55,112 nt of DNA from an uncultured Candidatus Saccharibacteria bacterium (GCA_964511635.1 CAZEGC010000001.1:1-55112); one strand, 5' to 3'. Shown: positions 45,139 through 54,290, numbered from the stretch's first letter. Notes: a model not told the origin generated them from the sequence alone. Numbers and translations are program-made.

Positions 45139-46665
45139 CTAACCCTCAAACTCAGTTGCTTTGTACCATTCTGGAGCATCAGACAAGTAGCCCTTGAGTT
45201 CGTCATACATAAGCAGACCCTTTTGAGCACCCATCTGCTGTACAACATAGGCACTATTGATCGGTGCCCAGCGCAGTGCTGATTCTAGTGACTCACCAAG
45301 CGCCAAGGCTGCTGATAGTGTCGAGGCAAATGCATCGCCCGCTCCGGTGCGCTCAAATGGCGGTGCTGGGTCCGGATAGTTAGGCATGAAGAATATCTTT
45401 GATCCATCTGACGCATAGGCGCCGTCTGCCCCATCGGTCACAACAGCAATCGACACTCCCAGGTCGTGTAGACCCTGAATCAGCTGCGAAACATTTTCGC
45501 GACCAAGACCAGTCACCTGTGCCGCTTCTTCGCGGTTCATAATTACAACCTCAGCTTTTTTATAAAACTCGGCCATTTTCTCAGCGCCCCACATGAGATG
45601 GAACATACCCGGCTGAAAGACTAGCTTCACACTCGGATTGCGGTCGAGATAATCTAGTATCGACTCGTGCAAGTGCCAGGTCTTCTCGCCCAACACTCCG
45701 AGGTAGATCCAGTCGGGAACCTGTGCTGGCTCACGCCAGGTGTATGAGTAATCTTCAAACTTCTGCAACTTGGTACGATCGGGACCAAAGCGTAGTACAT
45801 AGTGGTAATTAGACTTCTGACCCTCTTCTACGACCATGTAGTCAGTGCCAACGCCCTGCTCCTTGAGGTAATCAATCATATGCTTGCCGGCTTCGTCATC
45901 ACCCAACCAGGTCATCAGGTCCACATCAAGACCAAGTCGCGCCATCGAAACGGCGGCATTTGGGCTACACTCACCAGCACGGAACTCTTCAACCTCATCG
46001 TATGGAATCTTTCCACCCATTTCGATACTGAGGCGGGTATAACCCTTGTCATCGGTTATAACCTCTCCGTGGTCTTCGTTCATCTTGATAAATGCATTGG
46101 TATTAATGTCACCAATTGCTAATATTCTTGGTTTATCCATGTCATTCCCTTTCTTTAATGGCCCCGCCGCTTTTTGCATCGGAGTATGATTAACTATATT
46201 GTCATCAATCAAACCTGCACCTCGCGCCAAGTCTTCGGTCACGGCAGTTTGTGTTCTCGGATGGTCAGTATATCGCTGAAATATTTCACCGCGCAAAGCT
46301 CGCTGTCCATGCCAGATCTTGCGATCCTCAAAGGCCAACTGGTGGTGGCTGTTTTCAATTACATCGATTAGATTTAGTGAAATTATCTCGCCGCCAATAT
46401 TAGCTAAAACGTAGTCAGTATCTAGCAGTAATTCATAGGCGTCAGCCTTATGCAAATGAGCATTCAAAGCAAGATATAGTTCACGAGCTGTTGTATCGGC
46501 TGGGTTCAGTAGCAGCTGTCTCATGACGTCGTGAAGCTTATGGGTAATATCAGCAATCAAGCGAACGTCCACACCAGACCTACCGGCTGACTGCTCTAGT
46601 CGATGAAGCGACAGGCTAAACATCGGCCCGTCAATACCCAGCAAATTTCCTAACGCTTTTGCCAT
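45139..46665 (-). CDS. PfkB-family carbohydrate/nucleoside kinase with a roughly 170-aa unrecognised N-terminal domain
   Basis: 508 aa. The C-terminal ~330 aa have the PfkB fold, with the signature TGAGDAFASTLSAALALG. The N-terminal domain (MAKALGNLLGIDGPMFSLSLHRLEQSAGR...) matches nothing I recognise. Confidence 0.65.
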   Translation of the reverse strand: MAKALGNLLGIDGPMFSLSLHRLEQSAGRSGVDVRLIADITHKLHDVMRQLLLNPADTTARELYLALNAHLHKADAYELLLDTDYVLANIGGEIISLNLIDVIENSHHQLAFEDRKIWHGQRALRGEIFQRYTDHPRTQTAVTEDLARGAGLIDDNIVNHTPMQKAAGPLKKGNDMDKPRILAIGDINTNAFIKMNEDHGEVITDDKGYTRLSIEMGGKIPYDEVEEFRAGECSPNAAVSMARLGLDVDLMTWLGDDEAGKHMIDYLKEQGVGTDYMVVEEGQKSNYHYVLRFGPDRTKLQKFEDYSYTWREPAQVPDWIYLGVLGEKTWHLHESILDYLDRNPSVKLVFQPGMFHLMWGAEKMAEFYKKAEVVIMNREEAAQVTGLGRENVSQLIQGLHDLGVSIAVVTDGADGAYASDGSKIFFMPNYPDPAPPFERTGAGDAFASTLSAALALGESLESALRWAPINSAYVVQQMGAQKGLLMYDELKGYLSDAPEWYKATEFEG

Positions 46666-46679
46666 TTTTGTTCCTTTAG

Positions 46680-47645
46680 TTAAAATTGTTTTTCTTGAAT
46701 TGGCATTGAATGAAGCTGAGTATCCTGATACAAGATCCCAGCTTTGGCGCCAATTTTAGTAACCACAGAGGTTGAGTTTGCGCTCGCAAAAATAATTGAA
46801 TCTTTCAGGCTCTTACCCTGTGCCCACTGACTGAGGAACCCAGAACCAAAGGCGTCACCTGCACCCGTGCGATCTATCACTGGAACGTCTTCGTACATTC
46901 CAGCTCGGACTATGACATTTCGATCAGTCGCCACCACGCCGTTGGGACCATCACTGATAATCACCACCGGGACGTAGTGTGAGGCATGACGAGCTAGCTC
47001 CTCAAGGTCGCTACCTTCTACGATTTGACTAGCCTCCTCACGATTGACCAGTAGCACTTCTACGTCACTTAGTAGCGTTTTTAGTTGGTCTAACTTTGCC
47101 AGCTCACCTTTGCCCGGGTTAAACATTATTTTTATACCTAGCGATGCGGCTTGGGTAAAAATTTTATTTAAAGTCTCCATATCACCTGCCATACTGGAAA
47201 CATACATCCAATCAACGTCAACTTGACTAACATCGAAATTCTTAGCGTCATAGTGCGTTGAAGCTCCACGATAGGTTAAGATTATACGTTCGCCAGTATC
47301 AGCTAGAAGTAGCACTGAATAGCCCGTATTATAAGTTTCGTTGTAGCTAACATGAGTAGTATCAACTCCTTCGCGGTCTAGGTCCTGCAATACAGCTTGA
47401 CCAGCTGGATCATGGCCAACTGTGCCCATAAAGACGGCACTTAAACCTTGGCGAGAAAAGGTTACAGCTGCGTTAGTTGCACCACCACCAGTTGTAAAAT
47501 CAATGTTGTTTACGTCGGACTTTGAACCCATTTCTAGACGAGCAAAACACTCTTCTGGATTTTCACATACCGGCTTAAAAGCATCGCTGTGACTTAAGAT
47601 AACGTCCTGGACCGCCGCCCCAACTGATAATATTTTTACACTCAT
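46680..47645 (-). CDS. PfkB-family kinase (ribokinase / phosphofructokinase-B-like)
   Basis: 321 aa with GGGATNAAVTFSRQG near the N-terminus and TGAGDAFGSGFLS near the C-terminus. Confidence 0.75.
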   Translation of the reverse strand: MSVKILSVGAAVQDVILSHSDAFKPVCENPEECFARLEMGSKSDVNNIDFTTGGGATNAAVTFSRQGLSAVFMGTVGHDPAGQAVLQDLDREGVDTTHVSYNETYNTGYSVLLLADTGERIILTYRGASTHYDAKNFDVSQVDVDWMYVSSMAGDMETLNKIFTQAASLGIKIMFNPGKGELAKLDQLKTLLSDVEVLLVNREEASQIVEGSDLEELARHASHYVPVVIISDGPNGVVATDRNVIVRAGMYEDVPVIDRTGAGDAFGSGFLSQWAQGKSLKDSIIFASANSTSVVTKIGAKAGILYQDTQLHSMPIQEKQF

Positions 47646-47647
47646 GT

Positions 47648-48559
47648 TTATCGTACCGCCTTACCTGCGCTTCCAAAAGCATTTATTTTTTCTTCAACTA
47701 CTACCTGTACAGCCTTATAGACCTCTGGCATTAACTTTACTACTGCATATTCATTCGGGTTATCGGCCAATACTTTTTCTAAAGTTTTTCTAAATACGTA
47801 GCGCATGTCACTGTTTATATTTACTTTACTAACACCGAGCTTTGCGGCTTCTTCGAAATAATGCGAAGGTGTGCCGCTACCGCCATGTAAACTAATTTGG
47901 CAATGTATTGCGCTGCGAATTTCCGCCAGTAGCTCTAGGTCGAGCTTCTTTGGAACCGGATATTTTCCATGCAAGTTACCGATGGCTGCTGCAAAGGTAT
48001 CGATGCCAGTTTCCTCCACGAATGCCTTTGCTCCTTCCGGAGTTGAAAAAGTCTTTTTTATTTCTTCGTAATCAAAAGCTTCATCAAAAACGTTACTGCC
48101 GCCACCAAAATAATGCGGCTCGCTTTCGACTAGCGCTCCTGTAAACTTCGCATATTCCACCACCTGCTTGGTGGCATCAATTATTTGCTCGTCTGTCGCG
48201 TCCTTATTGGCTTGTGAATAATCGATATGGATAAATTCATAGCCTGCATCGATTGCACGCTTGGCGCCATCTACAGATGGGCTGTGGTCTAGGTTGATAT
48301 ACATTTCAATACCATATTCGCGCTTATAGTTGTCGACCATATCGCGAACATTCTCAACCCCCAGAGCCTTAACCTCACCCTCGCTAACCTCTACCATGAC
48401 TGGCGAATTCAGCTTCTGAGCTGCCCGGGCAATGGCAATTAAAGTCTCTTGATTGTCGATATTAAACGCTCCAACAGCAAATTTTTGCTGACGAGTTCGC
48501 TGCATCAGATGGCGTGCTCGTGTAGTATTTTCGCGTATTTGTCTTATAGTGTGACCCAT
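47648..48559 (-). CDS. fba: Class II fructose/tagatose-bisphosphate aldolase
   Basis: It has FAVGAFNIDN, LDHS and SLHGGSGTP motifs. I place the start at Met36 of the tracked ORF (ATG at 48559, AAGGA 8 nt upstream). The tracked extension overlaps the transketolase C-terminal gene. Confidence 0.8.
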   Translation of the reverse strand: MGHTIRQIRENTTRARHLMQRTRQQKFAVGAFNIDNQETLIAIARAAQKLNSPVMVEVSEGEVKALGVENVRDMVDNYKREYGIEMYINLDHSPSVDGAKRAIDAGYEFIHIDYSQANKDATDEQIIDATKQVVEYAKFTGALVESEPHYFGGGSNVFDEAFDYEEIKKTFSTPEGAKAFVEETGIDTFAAAIGNLHGKYPVPKKLDLELLAEIRSAIHCQISLHGGSGTPSHYFEEAAKLGVSKVNINSDMRYVFRKTLEKVLADNPNEYAVVKLMPEVYKAVQVVVEEKINAFGSAGKAVR

Positions 48560-48575
48560 TTTATGTATCCTTAAA

Positions 48576-49574
48576 TTAAAATCCTTGGTGATATTTTGGT
48601 ACTTTACCGATGAATTCATGAATAGTATCGGCAACTTTTGGTCCAGATAAACTAAAGTAATCAATTAGTTCTTCTGGATTGCCACTTTCACCATATCTAT
48701 CGTAAATACCAATTCGCTTTAAAGGTGTAGGCAGTTCATCGGCTAGCAACTCTGCCACTACGCCACCCAGTCCACCTGCAACTTGCGCTTCTTCGGCCGT
48801 AACGACCCGACCAGTCTTACGCACGCTGTCGATAACCAGTTCGCTATCAAACGGCTTAATTGTCGGCGCGTGGATTACCTCAACATTAACACCTCGCTGC
48901 TCCAGTATCTTGGCAGCCACCATTAACTGATAGGTCATTGTACCAGTTCCAATTAAAGTTGCATCGTGGCCTTCGCGAAGCACGTAAGCTTTACCTATTT
49001 CAAACGGCGAATCTTCCGTGCTGAATATTGGAGTTTTTTCACGCGCTAGACGCAAGTAGGTTGGCAGGCCATTTTCAGCAATTGCCTTGGTCGCCTTTTC
49101 AGCTTCGATACTGTCACCAGGGGCCACTACTACCATATTCGGCATGACGCGCATTATGGCGATGTCTTCTAGCATTTGGTGAGTAGCTCCGTCAGGTCCG
49201 ACGCTAACACCAGCGTGGCTACCAACCACCTTAACAGGTAGATTATTAAGAGCTGCGGTGGTTTTTATCTGCTCCCAGTTTCGCCCTGGACTAAAAGCCG
49301 CATAGCTACTGGTAAACGGTATCTTACCAGCTCGCGCCATACCGCTAGCAACAGTCACTAAGTTCTGCTCAGCCACACCGACTTCTACAAACCGGTCCGG
49401 AAATGCGTCTCTGAATAAGTGCATCTGGGTGCTTTCGGTTAAATCAGCACAAAGTGCAACTATGTTTTCATTTGATTCACCAGCAACTTTCAAGCCACGT
49501 CCAAAGCCAGCTCGGATGGGCTCTTTTTTTACTGTTTCTTCGTTATATAGGTCAGGGTTCAAATTGTAACTCAT
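48576..49574 (-). CDS. Transketolase, C-terminal subunit (pyrimidine-binding plus C-terminal domains)
   Basis: 332 aa with FVEVGVAEQNLVTVASGMA and GPDGATHQMLEDIAIMR. It overlaps the N-terminal subunit gene by 1 nt. Confidence 0.85.
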   Translation of the reverse strand: MSYNLNPDLYNEETVKKEPIRAGFGRGLKVAGESNENIVALCADLTESTQMHLFRDAFPDRFVEVGVAEQNLVTVASGMARAGKIPFTSSYAAFSPGRNWEQIKTTAALNNLPVKVVGSHAGVSVGPDGATHQMLEDIAIMRVMPNMVVVAPGDSIEAEKATKAIAENGLPTYLRLAREKTPIFSTEDSPFEIGKAYVLREGHDATLIGTGTMTYQLMVAAKILEQRGVNVEVIHAPTIKPFDSELVIDSVRKTGRVVTAEEAQVAGGLGGVVAELLADELPTPLKRIGIYDRYGESGNPEELIDYFSLSGPKVADTIHEFIGKVPKYHQGF

Positions 49575-50443
49575 TACGCGTGATCTCCTGAGGTGATTTT
49601 TCCACCAAGTGTTCGTAACTTATTAAGCGCGGCTTTTGCCTGCTCACTGTTGGGAGGCATGCCGTGCCACTGATAGTCATACTCCATGAAATCTACACCC
49701 TTTCCAGGGATGGTGTGGGCAACAATCACACTAGGCTTATTTGTGATCGCGCGCGCCATACTAGCCGCATCTATGATGCTTTCAATATTGTGCCCATCAA
49801 CTTCCTGCACATGCCAACCAAAAGACTCCCACTTCCCGCGTAAATCTTCTAGTGGCATAATTTCCTCGGTAGGACCATCAATTTGAATGTTATTGCGATC
49901 TATAAAACCAATTAAGTTTCCAAGTTTATATTTTCCAGCGAACATGGCAGCTTCCCAGATATTGCCTTCATTTAGTTCGCCATCCCCCATAACCGTGTAT
50001 ACAAACCTGTGGACGTCCCGCTCAAAATACTGTAGCGAATACGCATAGCCGGCTGCCTGCGACAAGCCGCTGCCTAGTGGCCCGCTCGTGCTTTCAATCC
50101 CAGGTAACTTTTCACGCTCTGGGTGCCCCTGAAGTCGCGAGCCAAAACGACGCAAAGTCATTAGTTCGTCTAGGTCGAAAAAGCCTGCTCGCGCCATGGT
50201 TGCATACTGCACCGGGACCGTGTGACCATTACTTAGGAAAAACACATCCCTTTCATCCCACTCAGGATTTTTAGGATCATATTTCATAATACTAAAGTAT
50301 AGAGCTGTAAATATATCGGCCAGCCCCAGCGGACCTGCGCTGTGTCCGCTGCCAGCATGTTCTAGCATGCGAATTATGTCTTGCCTGATATCGTTAGCTG
50401 TTTGGTTCAATTGTGATATCGTCAGATTCCCACCCACACGCAC
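49574..50443 (-). CDS. Transketolase, N-terminal subunit (thiamine diphosphate-binding)
   Basis: 289 aa with SGHSAGPLG, the GDGELNEGNIWEA TPP motif and SNGH. Confidence 0.85.
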   Translation of the reverse strand: MRVGGNLTISQLNQTANDIRQDIIRMLEHAGSGHSAGPLGLADIFTALYFSIMKYDPKNPEWDERDVFFLSNGHTVPVQYATMARAGFFDLDELMTLRRFGSRLQGHPEREKLPGIESTSGPLGSGLSQAAGYAYSLQYFERDVHRFVYTVMGDGELNEGNIWEAAMFAGKYKLGNLIGFIDRNNIQIDGPTEEIMPLEDLRGKWESFGWHVQEVDGHNIESIIDAASMARAITNKPSVIVAHTIPGKGVDFMEYDYQWHGMPPNSEQAKAALNKLRTLGGKITSGDHA

Positions 50444-51088
50444 CTATATCACTCCTTTTTTATTAACTTCTTGTACTAGTTTACCATAAGTGTCACTAGG
50501 ATTGGCGGCATTCGCGATTGCACCACCAACGTTTAATACATCCACGCCACCATGCGATAGACTAAAGGCGTTTTCGACGTTCACTCCACCATCCCAACCA
50601 ATTTCAGCACTTGCATTAATCGCTTTTATAAGACGAACCTTTTCCAGCTGCATCATACTAGCATTGCCACCATGCCGGCCCAGTTCACCACTAAAGATCA
50701 TTACATGATCAGCTGCCTCAATTACGCTCGCTACGGTAGACGGCACGGTAGTCTTAAGTAATGCGACACCAGCTTTTATTTCAAATTTCTGCAGGTTTTT
50801 CATAATCGGCACTAAATCAGTCTCTGTCTCAACATGAAAAATTACCAAATGCGGCTTGAGGCTTATTAGTGTTTCCAGATGGTCCTGCGGCCTCGCCACC
50901 ATTGCGTGGACATCCACCTGCCACTCTTGGGGCCACCAAATTTGAGCCGCATTCAACAAGAAATTTGGCGTAAACTCGCCATCACTAATATCAATATGAA
51001 CTCGCTTGGCAAACGCATGGAGAAGCTCCACTTTCTGTCTGTAGTCATCAGGGGTTTCCGCTGTAATGCATGGTGCAATAACGCTCAT
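50444..51088 (-). CDS. rpe: Ribulose-phosphate 3-epimerase-like TIM-barrel protein (divergent)
   Basis: 214 aa. HIDISDGEFTPN, DVHAMV, FHVE, KAGVAL and WDGGVN align by eye with Rpe motifs. It sits between rpiB and tkt. Confidence 0.6.
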   Translation of the reverse strand: MSVIAPCITAETPDDYRQKVELLHAFAKRVHIDISDGEFTPNFLLNAAQIWWPQEWQVDVHAMVARPQDHLETLISLKPHLVIFHVETETDLVPIMKNLQKFEIKAGVALLKTTVPSTVASVIEAADHVMIFSGELGRHGGNASMMQLEKVRLIKAINASAEIGWDGGVNVENAFSLSHGGVDVLNVGGAIANAANPSDTYGKLVQEVNKKGVI

Positions 51089-51090
51089 CT

Positions 51091-51540
51091 CTATAGCTCA
51101 TCAATCTGCGCATTGCGCCGCTTAAATCTGACCGCACCAGCAAATGGTGTATTTAGCCATGTTTCTATAATCCCCTGCCAAGCTGGATCGTCATCCTCTA
51201 GAACCCTAGATGGCAGGCACAATACATTACTATCGTTATCGTTCCTAGTCATCCTAGCTTCGAACGCATCCCAAATAACACTAGCCCTAATTCCGCTAAA
51301 GCGATTAGCAGCCATTGCCATGCCCTGGCCGCTACCACACAGCAATATTGCGCGCGGATCTTTCGTATCATCACCAATAACCTTTAGCGCTGCAGTCTGG
51401 GCAAATTGCGGGAAGTCGTCACTAGGGTCTAGTTCTCTTCCGCCGACGTCTTCAACGTCATAGCCATGCTTTGCAAGATATGCAAAAACTTTTTCTTTCA
51501 TATGAAAACCATTATGGTCTGATCCAAGATATATTTTCAT
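51091..51540 (-). CDS. rpiB: Ribose-5-phosphate isomerase B
   Basis: 149 aa with MKIYLGSDHNGF and LLCGSGQGMAMAANR, typical of RpiB/LacAB. Confidence 0.85.
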   Translation of the reverse strand: MKIYLGSDHNGFHMKEKVFAYLAKHGYDVEDVGGRELDPSDDFPQFAQTAALKVIGDDTKDPRAILLCGSGQGMAMAANRFSGIRASVIWDAFEARMTRNDNDSNVLCLPSRVLEDDDPAWQGIIETWLNTPFAGAVRFKRRNAQIDEL

Positions 51541-51595
51541 GTTGTCCTTAGTATAAGCAGTTTTAAGTTTATTTTAAACAGCTGACCCATACATG

Positions 51596-52609
51596 CTACA
51601 GGTTCTTGCCAGCATCAGCTACCAGTTCCACTAACCGGTTGCTGTATCCCCACTCGTTATCGTACCAGGCAACCACCTTCACTAGGTTTCCACCTACGAC
51701 ATTAGTTAGGTTCAAGTCAACCGTTGCGCTATAGCTGCTGCCCTTAAAGTCACTACTTACCAGTTCTTCTTCGGTGACATTTAGTATACCCTGGTAAAAT
51801 GGCTGCTTGGCGGCTTCTTTGAAGGCATCATTAATTTCGTCCTTTGTAACGTCTTTTTTTAGAACTACCGCGAAATCGCTTAGACTAACCACTGGCGTAG
51901 GTACGCGGACGCTTAGCCCGCCAAAGACGCCCTCAAGCGCAGGCAGCGCCTTGGCTGCTGCAATACTAGCACCAGTAGTTGTAGGGACAATATTTTCAGC
52001 AGCCGAACGAGCTTCACGTAAGTCCTTGGCTGGTGCATCAAGTAGTTTTTGACTAGCAGTATAGCTGTGTACGGTTGTCATCATAGCTTTTTCAATTCCA
52101 AACTGACTTTCTAGCACCGCCATGACTGGCGTGATGCAGTTGGTAGTACAGCTAGCATTTGATAAAACGTCACTTGCTCCATCAATGGAGTCCTCGTTAA
52201 CGCCTAGTACAATTGTGCTAGCACCATCACCCTTAGCGGGTGCGCTTATAACAACCCGCTTTGCCCCTGCATCGTCAATGTGCGCTCTTGCTTTGGCCGG
52301 ATCAACGAAAAATCCAGTAGATTCAATCACCACGTCAACCTCGTAATCACGCCACGGCAAGCTGGCAGGTTCACGCTCGGCAAGCACAGCTATATGAGTA
52401 CCACCGACTGATATACCCTTGTCATCACTCGTAACGTCGTGCTGATATGTTCCGTATGTAGAGTCGTGTTTCAATAAGTGCGCCAGTGTCCGGGTGTCCG
52501 TCAGGTCATTAATTGCAACGATTTCGATATCACTTCGTTCATATGCAATCTTAAATGCATTGCGTCCAATGCGACCAAAACCATTAATTGCTACTCTTAC
52601 TTTCGCCAT
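51596..52609 (-). CDS. gap: Glyceraldehyde-3-phosphate dehydrogenase (type I)
   Basis: It has INGFGRIGR and the active site SNASCTTNC. I prefer the ATG at 52609 (GGGAG SD 11 nt upstream) to the tracked GTG at 52621. Confidence 0.9.
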   Translation of the reverse strand: MAKVRVAINGFGRIGRNAFKIAYERSDIEIVAINDLTDTRTLAHLLKHDSTYGTYQHDVTSDDKGISVGGTHIAVLAEREPASLPWRDYEVDVVIESTGFFVDPAKARAHIDDAGAKRVVISAPAKGDGASTIVLGVNEDSIDGASDVLSNASCTTNCITPVMAVLESQFGIEKAMMTTVHSYTASQKLLDAPAKDLREARSAAENIVPTTTGASIAAAKALPALEGVFGGLSVRVPTPVVSLSDFAVVLKKDVTKDEINDAFKEAAKQPFYQGILNVTEEELVSSDFKGSSYSATVDLNLTNVVGGNLVKVVAWYDNEWGYSNRLVELVADAGKNL

Positions 52610-52730
52610 TATTTTTACCACTCCCTTTAAGCATTAGTGTCTTTATAAAAAGTATCGCACTAGTCGTTTCAATATGCAAATATAGCAGCAATAAAATATA
52701 GGCGCGTTCGATAAAACCGAACGCTTGCAG

Positions 52731-52736
52731 TATAAT
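52731..52736 (+). promoter_or_regulatory. -10 element TATAAT, 9 nt upstream of the rel ATG
   Basis: TATAAT at 52731-52736 and ATG at 52746. The tracked TTG start at 52725 lies upstream of this -10 box and is therefore unlikely. Confidence 0.45.
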
Positions 52737-52745
52737 ACACCCTAC

Positions 52746-54290
52746 ATGAAGAAGGTCGAACTACTAGCAGGCGCCAAAGGCAAATACACCTCCACTCAGC
52801 TACTTGAATTAGAACACGCAGTTGACTTTGCTACCAAGCATCATGAAGGACAAAAACGCAGAAGTGGCGAACCATACATCATTCATCCCCTGCACGTTGC
52901 AAATATTTTAATCGAATGGGAAATGGACATCGACTCTATCCTGGCAGGAGTCCTACACGACACAATCGAAGACACCGAAGCCACTCTGCAGGACATCGAA
53001 TCCTTGTTTGGTCGTGACGTGGCCTTTCTAGTGGATGGCGTGACAAAAGTTGGCCGCGCCAGGGCTGGTATGCGCGATCTTTCTAGCTACTTACCGCAAA
53101 CAAAGGATAACCTATCCAAGCTTTTAGTAGCAGTCGGTCAAGATGTTCGCGTTATTATCATTAAATTAGCCGATCGCCTACATAACCTTTCAACCTTGCA
53201 GCACATGCCGCTAGAAAAACAAAAGAAAATCGCACGCGAAAGCTTGGACGTATTCGGCCCAATGGCCGACCAACTGGGAATGGGCCGAGTCCGGATGCAA
53301 ATCGAAGAGCTAGCTTTTAGCTACATAGACCCGCAGGAGTTTAAAAAACTAAAAAACTTAATGAAAAAACGACTAGGGAAAAGTACTCGCAAATTAGGTA
53401 TAGTTCGCCAGGAAGTCGAAGCCGCACTTAAGGAAAACAGTCTACCGGTGGAAATCAACGGCCGAGTCAAAAGTATATATAGCCTACATAAAAAGTTAAA
53501 AAAGGTTAATAACAATATTGACGACATCTACGACCTAATGGCACTGCGTATTATCGTTGACAGCAAAGAGCAGTGTTACCAAGTGCTAGGCATACTGCAC
53601 GCAATGTACCAGCCGATGATTTCACGTATAAAAGATTACATTTCGGTACCAAAACCAAACGGCTACCAGAGCCTCCACACTACCGTCATCACCCCCAACA
53701 AGCAGATAGTTGAATTTCAAATCAGAACTCACGACATGCACGAGTACGCCGAACGTGGTTTAGCAGCGAGCTTTCATTATCATGATCAAAAATCTAGTAA
53801 AAGTTATGCCAAAAGGCAGAAAACCGCCAGCACCCTGCCTGCTAACCTGCAATGGATTACCCAGCTTCAGGAGGTCGCCATGCGCTTAAAAGACGACGAA
53901 GAAATTCCAATTGACGAATTAAAGGTCGACTTATTTGGCAATAGAATTTTTGTCTATTCTCCAAAGGGAGATATTTATAATTTGCCCGAAGGCGCACTGC
54001 CGCTAGACTTTGCCTATTTAGTCCATAGCGATATCGGCAAACACGCCTACAGCTTTCGCGTAAACGGTAAAATCTCATCATTTGATAAACCTTTGCAAAA
54101 CGGTGATATCGTCGAGGTTGTAACTCGTAAGTTATCACTCCCAAAACAGTCCTGGCTGGATTTAGTTAAAACTACTCACGCCCGCAACAAACTCCGCGCC
54201 CAGCTGCGACAACTGGGAATCATAAAATCCGTCGGTAAAGCTGCGTCTATCATGCGTCGTAAAGCTATAAAGAATCAAATCAAGAAATAA
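52746..54290 (+). CDS. rel: Bifunctional (p)ppGpp synthetase/hydrolase of the RelA/SpoT family, short form ending after the TGS domain
   Basis: It has an HD hydrolase domain (HPLHVANIL...LHDTIEDT), synthetase motifs (DLMALRIIV, GYQSLHTTV, EFQIRTHDMH) and a TGS domain (IFVYSPKGDIYNLPEGALPLDFAYLVHSDIG). Only about 50 aa follow the TGS domain. Confidence 0.85.
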   Translation: MKKVELLAGAKGKYTSTQLLELEHAVDFATKHHEGQKRRSGEPYIIHPLHVANILIEWEMDIDSILAGVLHDTIEDTEATLQDIESLFGRDVAFLVDGVTKVGRARAGMRDLSSYLPQTKDNLSKLLVAVGQDVRVIIIKLADRLHNLSTLQHMPLEKQKKIARESLDVFGPMADQLGMGRVRMQIEELAFSYIDPQEFKKLKNLMKKRLGKSTRKLGIVRQEVEAALKENSLPVEINGRVKSIYSLHKKLKKVNNNIDDIYDLMALRIIVDSKEQCYQVLGILHAMYQPMISRIKDYISVPKPNGYQSLHTTVITPNKQIVEFQIRTHDMHEYAERGLAASFHYHDQKSSKSYAKRQKTASTLPANLQWITQLQEVAMRLKDDEEIPIDELKVDLFGNRIFVYSPKGDIYNLPEGALPLDFAYLVHSDIGKHAYSFRVNGKISSFDKPLQNGDIVEVVTRKLSLPKQSWLDLVKTTHARNKLRAQLRQLGIIKSVGKAASIMRRKAIKNQIKK

